64,000 nucleotides of DNA from the IMG/VR virus record IMGVR_UViG_3300032308_002010, positions 64,001 to 128,000 of that record. One strand, written 5' to 3'. Under the pieces are notes generated by a model that was not told the origin of the DNA, searched no databases, and was given only the letters and a program-made list of their open reading frames with translations. The stretch comes from a virus. Made by a program: the position numbers and the translations under genes. This document shows positions 53,303 to 62,972 of this stretch, piece after piece. Position 1 is the first letter of the stretch, and every line of letters starts with the position of its first letter.

Positions 53303-53992
53303 TTACTTCATCGTGGTCATGCGCGGACGCGCCAAGTTAGGCGTGTTCGGCCACTGACAGTTCCCGTTTGGGCAATCTTCTTCCGGCGGCGCGGCTTTAC
53401 GCTTTGCCGGCGAAGAGGATTTTGCTGGGCGGACCACAGCTTGCTCGCGTGCCGGCGCTTTGCCGTTGGGCCATATCGCCTCAGATGGCGGCCCGTTAAT
53501 CACGTGAGCTTTCCATTGGCCCTTCTCAACCCGCGCATACAACTGATATTCGCACAGCTCCCAGCGCGGCAGCAACCCAGACCGATGCCGATACTCCGTG
53601 TAGTCGACATCTTCGTCCTTGGGCATAGTCCACTGCGTTATCTGCACAGCGGCCCACAGACCCTTGGTATCGCGCCAGCTTGTGATCCACCGGCAATCCA
53701 CAAGCCTGATGTAGACGTCTGTGTCGTCAAACATCTGCTGGCACTCCTGCACGAAGTTCTCGCGGTCTGGACAGTTCGAGGTCATCGTGCTCATTAGCGT
53801 TTTGAGATCTTCCGCGGTGTGAGCTTGGAAGTTCTGCTCCATCACCTCACGAATCGCGGCAGTGGCCGCTTCGACGTATCGCGCCTCGCCGGGGTCGGAC
53901 ACGCTGTTCCACTTGCCTGTCTTTTTATTTGCTTGCGCAAAGACTGGCATACACAAAACAGAAAACATAAGAGCGTAAACAAACCTATTCAT
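53303..53992 (-). CDS. Secreted protein, possible NTF2/SnoaL-like fold
   Basis: Signal peptide; AAGGAG SD; 'VMEQNFQAHTAEDLKTLMST'. Confidence 0.55.
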   Translation of the reverse strand: MNRFVYALMFSVLCMPVFAQANKKTGKWNSVSDPGEARYVEAATAAIREVMEQNFQAHTAEDLKTLMSTMTSNCPDRENFVQECQQMFDDTDVYIRLVDCRWITSWRDTKGLWAAVQITQWTMPKDEDVDYTEYRHRSGLLPRWELCEYQLYARVEKGQWKAHVINGPPSEAIWPNGKAPAREQAVVRPAKSSSPAKRKAAPPEEDCPNGNCQWPNTPNLARPRMTTMK

Positions 53993-54173
53993 CTCGCTGA
54001 CTCCTTGTTAAGCACACGTGGGCAAAGCCGCCTAAAAGCGCCCAGCCCGCACATGCACCTATTACGGTTACCTCTTCTCCTAGGTGGAGTGACTTCGCCG
54101 CTGAGAACCCAATAGCGGCGCCGGCCAAGGTACACATAACAATCAAGACTTCACGCACAATCGGGTATGGCAT
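53985..54173 (-). CDS. Small 2-TM protein
   Basis: 62 aa, two hydrophobic helices. Confidence 0.55.
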   Translation of the reverse strand: MPYPIVREVLIVMCTLAGAAIGFSAAKSLHLGEEVTVIGACAGWALLGGFAHVCLTRSQRDE

Positions 54174-54272
54174 GGTATCCTCCCTGCGTGTCCCGAAAGC
54201 GTGCCATGTTCCGCGAAAACATATTCGCGGGGCACAAGGAATATGCCCGAATATTGCCCAAAATTTAGGCGG

Positions 54273-55412
54273 TTAGGCCGGGGCGCAAGCAGGCCCAAAA
54301 CAACGCTTTTCCGCGCCCAAATCTGGCGGCAGCGTGTACCAGCCTTTGTCGTACAGCTGGTAAATTTTTTGAAACGCTTCATCGTACATAGCCCCACACG
54401 CTTCGAGGCTGTAGGTTTGTCTAGCGGCTTTTGCAATTGCTGCGCGATTTAGGGAATGTACCTGTTTTAAGGCCAGCAGCCAGTCCGCCAGCGTCTTGCA
54501 GCGAAAACCGTTGAAACCGCGCTGCACTGTTTCTGTGAATGCGCCGTAATCAGTAGCGACAAGCGGCGTTCCACATAAAAGACCCTCAACACCAGACCCC
54601 CCGAAAGGCTCGATAAAATTGGTTGGCATTAAAGAGCAGATAGCGTTGCGTAAAAACTCACTTCGCGCCGTTCCGGTCAATGGCCCGTTGTAGATGATAT
54701 TTGGGTGAGTCCATTTCGTATGATCGCCTTGTCCGCTCAACACAATTTTCGGGCCGTCTGCTGGAAGATGTTTAGCGATTTCATGCAGCGTGTCCAAACC
54801 TTTGCAGCCGTCGATACGCCCGAGAAACGCGTAATATTTTCCCGGCTTGAAACTTGGTGTCCACTCTGTGATATCAAAATAGTTTGGAATCACGAACTCA
54901 TAGTGCGTACCGCCGCGACCGTCTTTACCCGCGTGGTAGTGTCGCCACGCGTAGCTTTCAAATATCTTTATCGTGCCGTCTACGAGCGTTGGATAACCTA
55001 TACCCGTTTCAACGTGAATGTTGTTTGGGAAATCTTGCAGCAGCCTAGAATGCGCGTGACCAAATGGGTGACAAATAATATCTCTTGGTTTGACACGTTG
55101 CTGAATAGCTGTAACAAGCCGCGTTTCAAACAAATTGTGCTGCGGTGTTCCTACCGCAGCGTCGTCGCCGTGAAATGATTTTTTGTCGCGCTTGCCAAGT
55201 ATGTTTTCAAATTCGTCTGCCGTGAGCATTTCGACCTGCTCGTCAGCTAGGCTTTCGCTGCCGGCGTTTGCATATTCAATTACGCGATAACCGCACATGC
55301 GCATCATTTTGGAAAAGCGCAGAGCCTTTCCAGTGAATGCGCAATGCGAGTAGGCCGCTGTGTGTTGCGTGTGAAAAATACCAACAAGATGTAGCGTCGG
55401 CTTTTCTGCCAC
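54273..55412 (-). CDS. GT4-family glycosyltransferase
   Basis: 'FLGRIDGCKG', 'EPFGGSGVEGLLCGTPLVATDYGAFTETV'. Confidence 0.88.
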   Translation of the reverse strand: MAEKPTLHLVGIFHTQHTAAYSHCAFTGKALRFSKMMRMCGYRVIEYANAGSESLADEQVEMLTADEFENILGKRDKKSFHGDDAAVGTPQHNLFETRLVTAIQQRVKPRDIICHPFGHAHSRLLQDFPNNIHVETGIGYPTLVDGTIKIFESYAWRHYHAGKDGRGGTHYEFVIPNYFDITEWTPSFKPGKYYAFLGRIDGCKGLDTLHEIAKHLPADGPKIVLSGQGDHTKWTHPNIIYNGPLTGTARSEFLRNAICSLMPTNFIEPFGGSGVEGLLCGTPLVATDYGAFTETVQRGFNGFRCKTLADWLLALKQVHSLNRAAIAKAARQTYSLEACGAMYDEAFQKIYQLYDKGWYTLPPDLGAEKRCFGPACAPA

Positions 55413-55428
55413 GGATGACTCCTTAAAA

Positions 55429-55866
55429 TTAAGCGCAGTCAGAAAACGGTAGCGATTTTTGTTCTGACCAATTAGGTTGAGTTTTTTTTAACGTTTCCGC
55501 TGCGTTTATAAGACTGTCAGCTAGCGCTGTCCGACTTTTTTGGGTCGGCGTGGCGATAAACAAACTGTATTCATTGCGCGGACCAAACCAAATAGTCATT
55601 CCTGTTTCGTCTGTTTTGGTTGTTGCGTCGTCGCCCAGCTTTAGCAAATTTTTAAGGTAGTTATTTTCATTCACAATAGCAGCGATGGTTGCGGCAAGTT
55701 CATTTACGTGATCGTTTTTGAAGCCGACAAAGCGAATGCCGTTCTTTGCAATTTCCAGCAGTTTTGTAATTGCCCACGAGCTTTCCTCCAGCGCCGCTAA
55801 TAACGTCGCCGAACTCGTCATCTCCTCTTTTGGCCGATCGCAGTTTTTTTTCCCGCAGCATCCCAT
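55429..55866 (-). CDS. Hypothetical protein
   Basis: 145-aa ORF in the string. Confidence 0.5.
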   Translation of the reverse strand: MGCCGKKNCDRPKEEMTSSATLLAALEESSWAITKLLEIAKNGIRFVGFKNDHVNELAATIAAIVNENNYLKNLLKLGDDATTKTDETGMTIWFGPRNEYSLFIATPTQKSRTALADSLINAAETLKKTQPNWSEQKSLPFSDCA

Positions 55867-55970
55867 AGTGTTTCCTTTTGTAGTGGTAGGTGTCTCGGTA
55901 GGCGACGTAAAGAATCAATCCGCCCCATACCAGTATTACGCTGACAAAAATAAGCCATTTCGCAAGCATG

Positions 55971-56180
55971 TCAATCTAATCGCATAAGTTTTCGCGCCGA
56001 ACGAAACTCAGTCTGGCAAATTGCGCGGTCTGTTAGACACTCGTCGGCGACGGGAATATACACGACTTTTGTTTTATACACGTAACGCCGCTCAGTTTCT
56101 TTGGGCGACCAGCCACGACGTATTTCAAGTGCTCGGGCTGCGATTTCTTCTGGGCTTGGCGGCGGTACACGAAGAGCCAT
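55971..56180 (-). CDS. Small hypothetical protein
   Basis: 69 aa; AAGGAG SD; 'PSPEEIAARALEIRRGWS' motif. Confidence 0.6.
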   Translation of the reverse strand: MALRVPPPSPEEIAARALEIRRGWSPKETERRYVYKTKVVYIPVADECLTDRAICQTEFRSARKLMRLD

Positions 56181-56189
56181 GTTGTCTCC

Positions 56190-56543
56190 TTAGCCGTACA
56201 GTTTAAAAATTTTGCGCTTTTTTGGCGCGGCGTCTATCTGTGCTTGGGCGTCGGGCTGTGGTGTTTCTGGCGCGCGTATCCGCACAACATGGGTCGCCAA
56301 GCGTTCGCGCAAATTGATTGCCGCCAACTCTTCATGGCGGCGGCGGGCTTCTTGGCGAAAGTGATCCATGCGGCGTTTTCGTTCTGCGAACCACTGTCGC
56401 TCGCGCTGCAGATCGCGCCACAGCCAATATAAAAACAACCCAGCCACAGCTGTCGCCGATGTAACACCAGCGTAACCGGCAACAGGTACATTATGCGGCT
56501 GCTCAACGCGTTCGGCTGTTGTTGAGTCCGTGTTTGATTGCAT
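56190..56543 (-). CDS. TM + coiled-coil hypothetical protein
   Basis: 117 aa. Confidence 0.5.
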   Translation of the reverse strand: MQSNTDSTTAERVEQPHNVPVAGYAGVTSATAVAGLFLYWLWRDLQRERQWFAERKRRMDHFRQEARRRHEELAAINLRERLATHVVRIRAPETPQPDAQAQIDAAPKKRKIFKLYG

Positions 56544-57111
56544 AACACGCTGCGCACGCCGGCAAGTATTTTTCTTCGCAACCTAACTCTACGGACGGCC
56601 CGGCTAACGTGGGTTGACCGTCGCACAGCTTAAGGTTGAACACAGCTTTGCGCAAGCAGAATGTACAGATTGTTTTGATTTCTTCAATAGCGTCCGCCAA
56701 CTCTAATAGCCGCTGTGAAGCTGGGAAAAGTTGGCGGCGAAAATCGGTCCGCAACCCGTAGCAGATGACTGGAATTCCATCTCTGTTATATGGCGGATAC
56801 GTGCAGGCGTGCGCTACATTATGCAGCTGATCAACTGCTTCTACGGACAGGAACTGCGCCTCGTCGACGAGAAGGCACACAACGTCATTGAGATCTGGAA
56901 GCTGGCAGGCGCCTGTTGCTGGCACTAATACATCTGCGGGCGCTTCAAGGCCAGCCCGAGTTTTAATGATATCTTTACCGAATCGAACATCTAGCGCGGG
57001 CTTCAGCAACAATACCTTTTTGTTTTGCTGGCGGTAGTTGTGCGCCACCGCCAGCAAATTCATTGTTTTTGCGCTGCCGACCGTGCCGTAGCGAAAATAG
57101 AGTTTAGCCAT
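56503..57111 (-). CDS. tdk: Thymidine kinase
   Basis: 'YGTVGSAKT', 'VDEAQF', 'YGLRTDF', 'EIKTIC..C', 'YLPACAAC'. Confidence 0.95.
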   Translation of the reverse strand: MAKLYFRYGTVGSAKTMNLLAVAHNYRQQNKKVLLLKPALDVRFGKDIIKTRAGLEAPADVLVPATGACQLPDLNDVVCLLVDEAQFLSVEAVDQLHNVAHACTYPPYNRDGIPVICYGLRTDFRRQLFPASQRLLELADAIEEIKTICTFCLRKAVFNLKLCDGQPTLAGPSVELGCEEKYLPACAACYAIKHGLNNSRTR

Positions 57112-57640
57112 TTGCTGTTTTGGCTTTTTCCTTTTCCTTTTTCTTTTCAGCTTTTTCAGCGAGCGCTATGGCGCGTTTAACAAGCAACTTACCGGCCATA
57201 TCTACAAACGGCAAATTACGTTTTGTGGCTTCTTCGCGCAACCAGCCGACGATCATGTCAATATTTTCTTTGCACCACTGAATACCTTTATCGTCCATGA
57301 TGCGAGCGCGCGCGTTGCAGCTACATGTTGGCGAAGCTTTGATACCAATTTTTGACAACAACTTTTTAAGTTCCGCGCCGGCGCCTTCAGACGGGGGCGG
57401 CGGTGGCACATTGACGGCTTGCGCTTGTTCTTGGCGTTTGAGCAATTCTCTTTGTCGCTGGATTGCGATGGCGCGCATCTCTTCGTTAATAGATCTTTTT
57501 TTGGGGTATTTTGCGTGATCCGTGTCGATGGTCCATGTGGCGCCATTTTGATTTACGACGCACGGCATAACTTCGTGCAGCTTGTAACCGCGTTCGGTGC
57601 AACGATCTATTAGCGCTTTTTTATGGCATGTGATAAGCAT
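57104..57640 (-). CDS. Conserved phage hypothetical protein
   Basis: 'GAGAELKKLL..IGI..CSCNARA..MD..WC..N..IVGWLREEA..LPF' motif. Confidence 0.65.
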   Translation of the reverse strand: MLITCHKKALIDRCTERGYKLHEVMPCVVNQNGATWTIDTDHAKYPKKRSINEEMRAIAIQRQRELLKRQEQAQAVNVPPPPPSEGAGAELKKLLSKIGIKASPTCSCNARARIMDDKGIQWCKENIDMIVGWLREEATKRNLPFVDMAGKLLVKRAIALAEKAEKKKEKEKAKTANG

Positions 57641-57743
57641 GACAAATTTTAATCCTTGTCAGTTGAACATGGTTATCAGACTTGTTTGCGAAACCGCGGC
57701 CGCAGTCAGACAATAACAATTTTGACTTTTTTTGCAAGGTTGT

Positions 57744-60700
57744 CTATGGCAGCGGATTTGTTTTCAGATCTTCAAGCAGCGTAAACGCTTCGGCGCACGT
57801 AACCGGAAGTTCGCCCGGCCAGTCTATGTTTGGAAGCGAACACACCGATTTTGTTGGGTTGCAGAAAGAACTCGGCCCATCAGTGCCGCCGTTTTTGAGC
57901 GCTTCAGCAGTTACGTCTTCAAATTTGTTATCTACGCACATGTACAATTTAATTTCTGATTGCCCGCCCTCGACGGGGCGATTGCCAAAAAGACTAGCGC
58001 AAAGACAGCAAGTATTGACGCAATATTTAATCCGCACGATATACGCATAGACCGCACCCGCAACCGGATGACAGTTTTTCCAGTTGTTGTTCCCTAAGGC
58101 CGCCACACCAAGTCTTATAGAAGTTATGCCAGCTATACCGCCCTCACGGCCACTGCTTCCGGGCGGGGTTGAAAAAGAACCGTCGGGACAATTTCCGGCG
58201 CACGGATGCGTAACAGAGCTTAAACAAGGATACGTGCCGTTTTCGCAACGCGCGGCGTCTGTCGCGCAGCCGTTACCTTCGCACGGGCACTCTCTGCAAC
58301 CGCCCGCACACACGTTTTTACAAGTCAGCCCAGTAACTTGGCAGTTTTGACACCCGTTATTGGTTGTGCAACTCGGATCGTTCGTGCAGGCGGCCCAACT
58401 ATGCGTTGGCGCCTGTGTCGGGCAGGTGCATTTAAAACCGTTTTTTCCGCAGCAGTCAGTTTTTGTTGCGCAAAAAGTATTACCAGTGGCGAGTTCTGTA
58501 CACACACCTTTGCACGGATCACATTTTGTATTAAACGGAACTAGCTCACACGCAGCCGTGTTGTTGTCTGCGTTCTCTTTACAGCACGGTTTATTGCCGC
58601 AATTGATTGAATCACACGTTTCAAACGGTTGCCAGCCCGTCTGACGATCTGGCGGATCTTGTGCTGCCGCTGCAAGACAATCTTCGTAGTTGGTGCCGAT
58701 GCACTCGCCGTTTATGATATTTCCGCCGCCATCAAAAGTAATCTGACAGCACGCGCCGCACTTAGTGCCGTCGCCGCACTGATCGCTCCACGAGTTTTTT
58801 CCCGGGCCACAATTGCTGCCGTCGTCGCCACAGCAGTTTTGTTTTGTATTGCAGAGTTTGGCGCCAGTTGTGTCTGTGCAGATTCCGTGGCAGTAGTTGC
58901 AGTCGTCATTAAAATCTATGTCGGCGCACGTCACACCGATGCACTGCGAATCTTGACAGCATTTTTTTGTCGCGCATTTAACGGTGTCGCATGTTTCAAA
59001 CGGATGCCACGTTGCAACAAAAAATGGCGGAGCATTTTGGGTTGTGCAATCTTCTTGAGTACCGTTAACGCAGTTTGCCGAAACTACGTTGCCGTCTTCA
59101 TACTCAACAACGCAGCAAACGCCACATTTAGACCCGTCTGCGCAATCGGGCGCCCACGAATGTGTTTGGTCTTGCCCGCACACGCCGCCGCATTTGCCCC
59201 CGTCAGAGCCGCAACAGCTCTCTTTTGACGAACATGATTTCTTGCCGGTTTCAATATCGGTGCAGATGCCTTTACACGGATCGCACTCTTTATTGAAATC
59301 AACATCGACGCATCCGACCTTTTTAGCGCAATCTTCTCCGCAACATTTTTTTGTTGCGCATTTAATAGATCCGCACGTTTCAAATTCGTGCCAAGACGTT
59401 ACTTTATCTGGCGGGTCAGACGCGGCGGTACATGATTTATTCGTGCCTTTTGCGCAACTCGTGCTTTTCAGTTCGCCGTCTTCATAATTAAGCGTGCAAC
59501 ATACGCCACATTTTGAGCCGTCACCGCAAGCGCCGCTCCAGCTGTGTGTCGCAACTTTTTCGCAGGCGCCGCAATTTTCGCCGTTAACTCCGCAGCAATC
59601 TTGTTTTGTTTTGCAAGACGTTTCACCGGTAGCGAGTTCTGTGCATATGCTGCTGCACGGATCACACGTCTCGTTAAAATCGATTTGTATGCAGGTAAAT
59701 ACTGTGCTGCCCGGACATTTTGGTCCGCAGCACGTTTTTGTCGCACATTTTACGGACGCGCATGTTTCAAACGGCCGCCAACTCGCGACGATGTCATCGC
59801 CATTGTCTAACGCTAGGCACGCGTCTTTTGCTATCTTTTGACAGTCTGCAGATTTTATTTCGCCGTCGTCGTCTAGCACTATTTTGCAACAGACGCCGCA
59901 CTCGTTCGCATCTGCGCACGCAGCTGACCATGACTTAGTGGCCACACCACCGCCGCAATCTGTCTGATCTTCGCAGGCTTTACCGTCACCGCCGCAACAC
60001 GATTGTTTTGTTTTGCACGTCTTTGCGCCGCTTGCGATATCCGTGCAAAGACCTTTGCACGGATCACACTCTTTATTGAAGTCAACCTCGACACACGCAT
60101 CTTCGCCGGCGCAGTTTTTATCGCAGCATGTTTTTGTTGCGCACTTTGCCGACTCGCATGTGGCGTTGTCAACCCAGCTGTGCGTAACATTCGGCGCCTG
60201 CCCGAGAGCCTGACATTCTTGTTTTGTTTTTTGTATGCACTCGGCCGCGGTTGTTTTAGTGCCGTCTGTGGTGACTTTACAGCAGACGCCACATTTTTCA
60301 TCGCTGCCGCACGGGCCAGCCCAGCCGGCTTTTTTGGGTATTTTTGTTCCGTCGCTTTTTGTGCATTCTTCGCAATTGTAATTATTGTCGCCGCAACACT
60401 CGGCTTTTGTTTTGCACGTAATTTCACCGGGATTGCCGGCAGCGTCATATGCCGTACATAACCCAGCGCATTCGTCGCAGTCTTTGTTGAAATCAACGTC
60501 AATGCAGGCGTTCTTCCCTGTGCACTCGTCTACATCACAGCACTTCTTTGTTGCACATCGCGCGTTTTCACAATTTGTAAACGGTTTCCACGTCCAAAAC
60601 ACATTTGCGTTTACATTGCCGGCTTCGTTAGCGCACTGATCTTGATCTAACTCTTTGCACTCAACTTTGATAGTTTTGCCGTTGGTATCCGTTGTCACGC

Positions 60701-62966
60701 CGCAACAGACGCCGCATTTCTTAGCATCAGCACACGAGGCGTCCCACGCGAATTTTGCGTGATCGCCGGGGTTGCACGGTTCACACTTTTTACCGTCGGC
60801 GCCGCAGCAATCGTCTTTTGTCTTGCATTTAACGTCTGTTTCATTTCCGTCTTCGTCGTATTCAGTACACAGACCTTTGCATTCGTCGCATTCTTCGTCG
60901 TAGTCGACGTCGATACACTGAGACTTGCCGCATGACGTTTCTTTGCAGCATTTTTTAGCTCGGCATATGACCGAGTCGCATGTTTCGTATTGATGCCATG
61001 TCCCAGTTTTGTTTGGATCTTCATTTATTTCGGCGCATTCTTTGTACGTAATTTCTTGGCACGAGGAATCTACAATTTCTCCATCTTCATAAGTAAGTTC
61101 GCAACATACACCGCATTTTTCGTTTTCGTCGCCAATGTTTGTGCAGATAGGCGACCAGCTGTGTGTCTTACAATCTGCCGGGCCGTTACATTTTTGTCCG
61201 TCGTCGCCGCAGCATGAAGTTTTTGTCGCGCACGATTCCTCGTCTGTTTCAAGCTCAACACACCGCCCTTCGCACTCATCGCAGTCGTCTTCGAAGTCGA
61301 CTGTTTTGCAACCTATTTTACCGGTCTCTTCGCAAATGACCCCGCAGCATTGTTTTGTCGCGCATTTTGTACTTTCGCACGTTTCGAATGCACGCCAACT
61401 TGCCACAATGTTGTCGCCGTTATCTTGAGCTTCGCATTCTGTTTTTGTGGTATCGGATTGGCATTCAGTATCCTCTACACCTGTCCCATCTTCTTTTAAA
61501 GTGATGATGCAACATACACCACATTTTTCTGGGTCAGCGCACGCAGAATTCCAAGAAAACTCTGCAGTGTTTCCTTCTTTGCACGGATCGCCTACACATT
61601 TTGTTCCGTCTTCTCCGCAGCAATCTGACTTTGTTGCGCACCGTTTTTCATTGTCTGCGTTTTTAACACAAAATCCGCGGCATTTATCCTCGCAGTTGTC
61701 TTTGCTAACTTTAACGCAAACAACCTGTTTTGATTCTTCGCATTCAACCTCACGACAACAATTTACGCCATCGCAAACAGAACAGGTCTCGAACGGAAAC
61801 CACGAGCCTTTGCTTTTGCCCATCGGGGTTTTTAAATCTTCACATTCGTCTCGTGTCTTCGGACCTTCGTCGCACTCTTTGCCTATTTCTTTGGTTTCAT
61901 CTTCGTTGTAAACGGTTACGCAGCAAATTCCGCACTCGTCTGGGTTACTTCCGCAGTTGGTTTCTTCCCACAAAAATTTTGCGCCTTCTGGGCACAAAAT
62001 ATTGATACATTTTTCTTCGCCTTCTCCGCAGCAATCTTGTTTTGTTTTACAGCTAGACTGTGGGCATTTGTGATTAACGTCTTGACCTTTTGGCGGACGG
62101 CTAAAAGACAAGTCAGTGCATACGCCAATGCACGGATCACACGTCGCTTTATCGCCGTGCCGGCAGACGGCCCGCGTTTCGTCGCCTAACTCGGCTTCGT
62201 AGCAACAAACAGGATTGCAAATATCTTCGTTGTCTGTATTAGCGTGCCATACGCCGCCGACACCTGCGCCAACCCCAACCGCCGCCTCGCACGTTTCTTT
62301 GGTAATAGGGTCGCCATTTGCGTCTTCTTTCCACGCGCGACCGTTGCGACAGCAAATTCCACAATTAGTGCAGCTAATCGCCTCCCATGCTTGCGGAATT
62401 GTGTGTTTGGGTTCTTCGCCTTCTTCGCCGTTTTTGCAATGCGCAATGCAGCGTGAATTGTCGTCGAGGCAGCACTGCGTTAGTGTGGCGCAATTTACGT
62501 CACGATCATCAATTATTTCTTCGCCGTTTTCGTCATAGGCAAATGTTGTGCACTTACCGGCACAGCGATCGCAATCTTCCGGTTCTGGATAACAACGAAC
62601 TTGCTGACAATCTTTTACTTTTTTGCAGCAAGGTTTATCGCCGCAACAGCATTTGTCGGGGTCTTGCTGCGGCGAACGAGATAAACCGCCGCCAACTTTG
62701 ACAAGCTTTCCGTTTTGAACAATGAATACTGGGTCGCTGTCTTCGCAGTCGGAGCAGCACTCGGCAACGCGCCCGTAAGGCACATTTATCTTGTTGCCGT
62801 TTTTTGGCAGCGTAATTTCTTTATTTCTCGTGCAGTCGGCGGCGCTAATTTTGTTGACGTCATTTTCGCCGGCTTTGAGAATAGGTACGCACGCATTCCC
62901 GCCTTTAACGGGAAATCCCTCGTTGTCGTAGAGGTAGATGCAACAGACTTGTGAGTCGGCGGGCAT
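57744..62966 (-). CDS. Giant cysteine-rich tandem-repeat protein, probable virion fibre
   Basis: 1740 aa; about 10.5 repeats of ~130 aa with ~20 Cys each; directly downstream of the collagen-like fibre. Confidence 0.8.
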   Translation of the reverse strand: MPADSQVCCIYLYDNEGFPVKGGNACVPILKAGENDVNKISAADCTRNKEITLPKNGNKINVPYGRVAECCSDCEDSDPVFIVQNGKLVKVGGGLSRSPQQDPDKCCCGDKPCCKKVKDCQQVRCYPEPEDCDRCAGKCTTFAYDENGEEIIDDRDVNCATLTQCCLDDNSRCIAHCKNGEEGEEPKHTIPQAWEAISCTNCGICCRNGRAWKEDANGDPITKETCEAAVGVGAGVGGVWHANTDNEDICNPVCCYEAELGDETRAVCRHGDKATCDPCIGVCTDLSFSRPPKGQDVNHKCPQSSCKTKQDCCGEGEEKCINILCPEGAKFLWEETNCGSNPDECGICCVTVYNEDETKEIGKECDEGPKTRDECEDLKTPMGKSKGSWFPFETCSVCDGVNCCREVECEESKQVVCVKVSKDNCEDKCRGFCVKNADNEKRCATKSDCCGEDGTKCVGDPCKEGNTAEFSWNSACADPEKCGVCCIITLKEDGTGVEDTECQSDTTKTECEAQDNGDNIVASWRAFETCESTKCATKQCCGVICEETGKIGCKTVDFEDDCDECEGRCVELETDEESCATKTSCCGDDGQKCNGPADCKTHSWSPICTNIGDENEKCGVCCELTYEDGEIVDSSCQEITYKECAEINEDPNKTGTWHQYETCDSVICRAKKCCKETSCGKSQCIDVDYDEECDECKGLCTEYDEDGNETDVKCKTKDDCCGADGKKCEPCNPGDHAKFAWDASCADAKKCGVCCGVTTDTNGKTIKVECKELDQDQCANEAGNVNANVFWTWKPFTNCENARCATKKCCDVDECTGKNACIDVDFNKDCDECAGLCTAYDAAGNPGEITCKTKAECCGDNNYNCEECTKSDGTKIPKKAGWAGPCGSDEKCGVCCKVTTDGTKTTAAECIQKTKQECQALGQAPNVTHSWVDNATCESAKCATKTCCDKNCAGEDACVEVDFNKECDPCKGLCTDIASGAKTCKTKQSCCGGDGKACEDQTDCGGGVATKSWSAACADANECGVCCKIVLDDDGEIKSADCQKIAKDACLALDNGDDIVASWRPFETCASVKCATKTCCGPKCPGSTVFTCIQIDFNETCDPCSSICTELATGETSCKTKQDCCGVNGENCGACEKVATHSWSGACGDGSKCGVCCTLNYEDGELKSTSCAKGTNKSCTAASDPPDKVTSWHEFETCGSIKCATKKCCGEDCAKKVGCVDVDFNKECDPCKGICTDIETGKKSCSSKESCCGSDGGKCGGVCGQDQTHSWAPDCADGSKCGVCCVVEYEDGNVVSANCVNGTQEDCTTQNAPPFFVATWHPFETCDTVKCATKKCCQDSQCIGVTCADIDFNDDCNYCHGICTDTTGAKLCNTKQNCCGDDGSNCGPGKNSWSDQCGDGTKCGACCQITFDGGGNIINGECIGTNYEDCLAAAAQDPPDRQTGWQPFETCDSINCGNKPCCKENADNNTAACELVPFNTKCDPCKGVCTELATGNTFCATKTDCCGKNGFKCTCPTQAPTHSWAACTNDPSCTTNNGCQNCQVTGLTCKNVCAGGCRECPCEGNGCATDAARCENGTYPCLSSVTHPCAGNCPDGSFSTPPGSSGREGGIAGITSIRLGVAALGNNNWKNCHPVAGAVYAYIVRIKYCVNTCCLCASLFGNRPVEGGQSEIKLYMCVDNKFEDVTAEALKNGGTDGPSSFCNPTKSVCSLPNIDWPGELPVTCAEAFTLLEDLKTNPLP

Positions 62967-62972
62967 GATAGC

